A stretch of 64,000 bases of DNA from an uncultured Candidatus Saccharibacteria bacterium. GTDB lineage: Bacteria > Patescibacteriota > Dojkabacteria > GCA-002793355. Within the stretch, counting starts at the first letter, position 1. Each line of letters opens with the position of its first letter. Both the position numbers and the translations under genes were made by a program. Positions 63,583-64,000 of the stretch are shown one piece after another. Location of the stretch: contig CAZGEO010000001.1 of the NCBI GenBank assembly GCA_964525295.1, positions 312,662 through 376,661 of the forward strand, read 5' to 3'. The notes beneath the pieces were generated by a model. The model was not told the origin of the DNA, did not search any database, and saw nothing but the letters and a program-made list of their open reading frames with translations.

Positions 63583-64000
63583 CTTTTGACTTCCCTCCAA
63601 GATCACCATATAACTTGTGCACAATTTTTACTAATTTCTCACGATTATACAAACCAAAAGCGAACATCGCCCCCATCAATGCTGAACCTAGCAACACTTT
63701 TGTAGCTTTTGCTGGGTTTGCGACGCGACGCCCAGAAGCGATCACTTTTGGTACGTACACCTGATATTTATATCCTTTATCAATGGCTTTCTTAGTAAAG
63801 TGATAATCTTCGCCATACATTCCATGAGTTTCGATAAAGCCTTCAACATGCTTAAACACCGCGTATTTAACAAAAATCGCTCCACCATACTCCGCAAAAA
63901 GGCGTTTTGTAACTTTGTATAAACGTCTTAAGCCATTCCACCCATGAAAGTATAATTCTGAAGCGAATTTCTGAAATATTGTGCCTTCAGATTTATCTGG
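63569..64000 (-). CDS. Family 2 glycosyltransferase paralog, partial. The N-terminus is beyond the window end.
   Basis: The reading frame is open from 64000 down to the TAA stop at 63569. The C-terminal region (…EYGGAIFVKYAVFKHVEGF…EDYHFTKKAIDKGYKYQVYVPKV…) aligns with the C-terminal half of the 62770-63582 protein (…GGAFIMIKK…EDQDLFQRAVKNGYKYRNLEVEIV…). Confidence 0.55.
   Translation of the reverse strand, partial: PDKSEGTIFQKFASELYFHGWNGLRRLYKVTKRLFAEYGGAIFVKYAVFKHVEGFIETHGMYGEDYHFTKKAIDKGYKYQVYVPKVIASGRRVANPAKATKVLLGSALMGAMFAFGLYNREKLVKIVHKLYGDLGGKSKDAKK

Noticed and set aside
1-64000. CRISPR arrays, transposases or integrases, reverse transcriptases or DGR elements, tRNA or rRNA genes, and alternative genetic code.
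   Set aside because: I found no short direct-repeat arrays, no DDE, serine-recombinase or tyrosine-recombinase motifs, and no YxDD reverse-transcriptase motif in any ORF. I found no tRNA-like sequences in the intergenic regions. Conserved proteins (DnaE, Rho, ClpC and others) are full-length with UGA, UAA and UAG stops, so the standard code applies.

Overview
The window is a compact, low-GC (~38-40% by eye), gene-dense bacterial segment, almost certainly chromosomal. It uses the standard genetic code: long intact ORFs end at UGA, UAA and UAG, so there is no UGA recoding. The gene content points to an episymbiotic Patescibacteria/CPR-like lineage. This is an inference from gene content only. 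The indicators are a split Alg14/Alg13-type glycosyltransferase, a FemAB-family protein, a four-helix-bundle protein, an archaeal-type AMP phosphorylase with a ribose-1,5-bisphosphate-isomerase-like gene, and many large secreted or polytopic hypothetical proteins.

Recognisable content, in order:
- rpsF-ssb-rpsR operon.
- A ~11.5 kb Wzx/Wzy-type surface-polysaccharide cluster (2743-14191): GtrA-like protein, four GT2 enzymes, a GT13/GNT-I-like enzyme, two GT4 enzymes, Wzx flippase, Wzy-like polymerase, Wzz-like chain-length regulator, and a split Alg14-like plus Alg13-like glycosyltransferase.
- ychF, an eIF-2B-family sugar-phosphate isomerase, and a 935-aa polytopic membrane protein.
- FemAB-family protein, M23/LysM peptidase, beta-CASP metallo-beta-lactamase-fold RNase, and AMP/thymidine phosphorylase.
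- A block of hypothetical proteins that includes an HExxH protein and a peptidase-C15-like protein.
- rho, radA, a ClpC/ClpB-family AAA+ chaperone, ribosomal protein S1 and cysS.
- A cell-surface island with a Thr/Pro-repeat protein, an O-antigen-ligase-like membrane protein and a 728-aa secreted protein.
- rpsT and cca.
- dnaX-dnaE-dnaA, followed by a translationally coupled transglutaminase-like secreted protein.
- Two paralogous secreted proteins, a GIY-YIG nuclease, an MsbA-like ABC exporter, rplJ-rplL, and two tandem GT2 paralogs at the window end.

I found no tRNA, rRNA, CRISPR array, transposase, reverse transcriptase or integrase.

Most notable observations:
1. A ~140-nt transcription unit sits immediately upstream of rho. 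It has a perfect sigma70 consensus promoter (TTGACA-17-TATAAT) and a strong intrinsic terminator. It contains a 14-codon aromatic-rich mini-ORF (MYFYPLVWKFWARG). It also has three mutually exclusive hairpins arranged like a classical attenuator, or it may be a standalone sRNA.
2. At least nine operon-first genes have a -10 hexamer only 5-9 nt upstream of the start codon (rpsF, rpsT, radA, dnaX, the AMP phosphorylase, the FemAB-family gene, the 14175-14492 zinc-ribbon ORF, the mini-ORF ahead of cca, and the 57417 gene). Several of these are extended TGnTATAAT boxes. This implies widespread leaderless mRNAs. Operon-internal genes instead use canonical GGAGG-type Shine-Dalgarno sequences.
3. An inverted pair of near-consensus DnaA boxes lies just upstream of dnaA.
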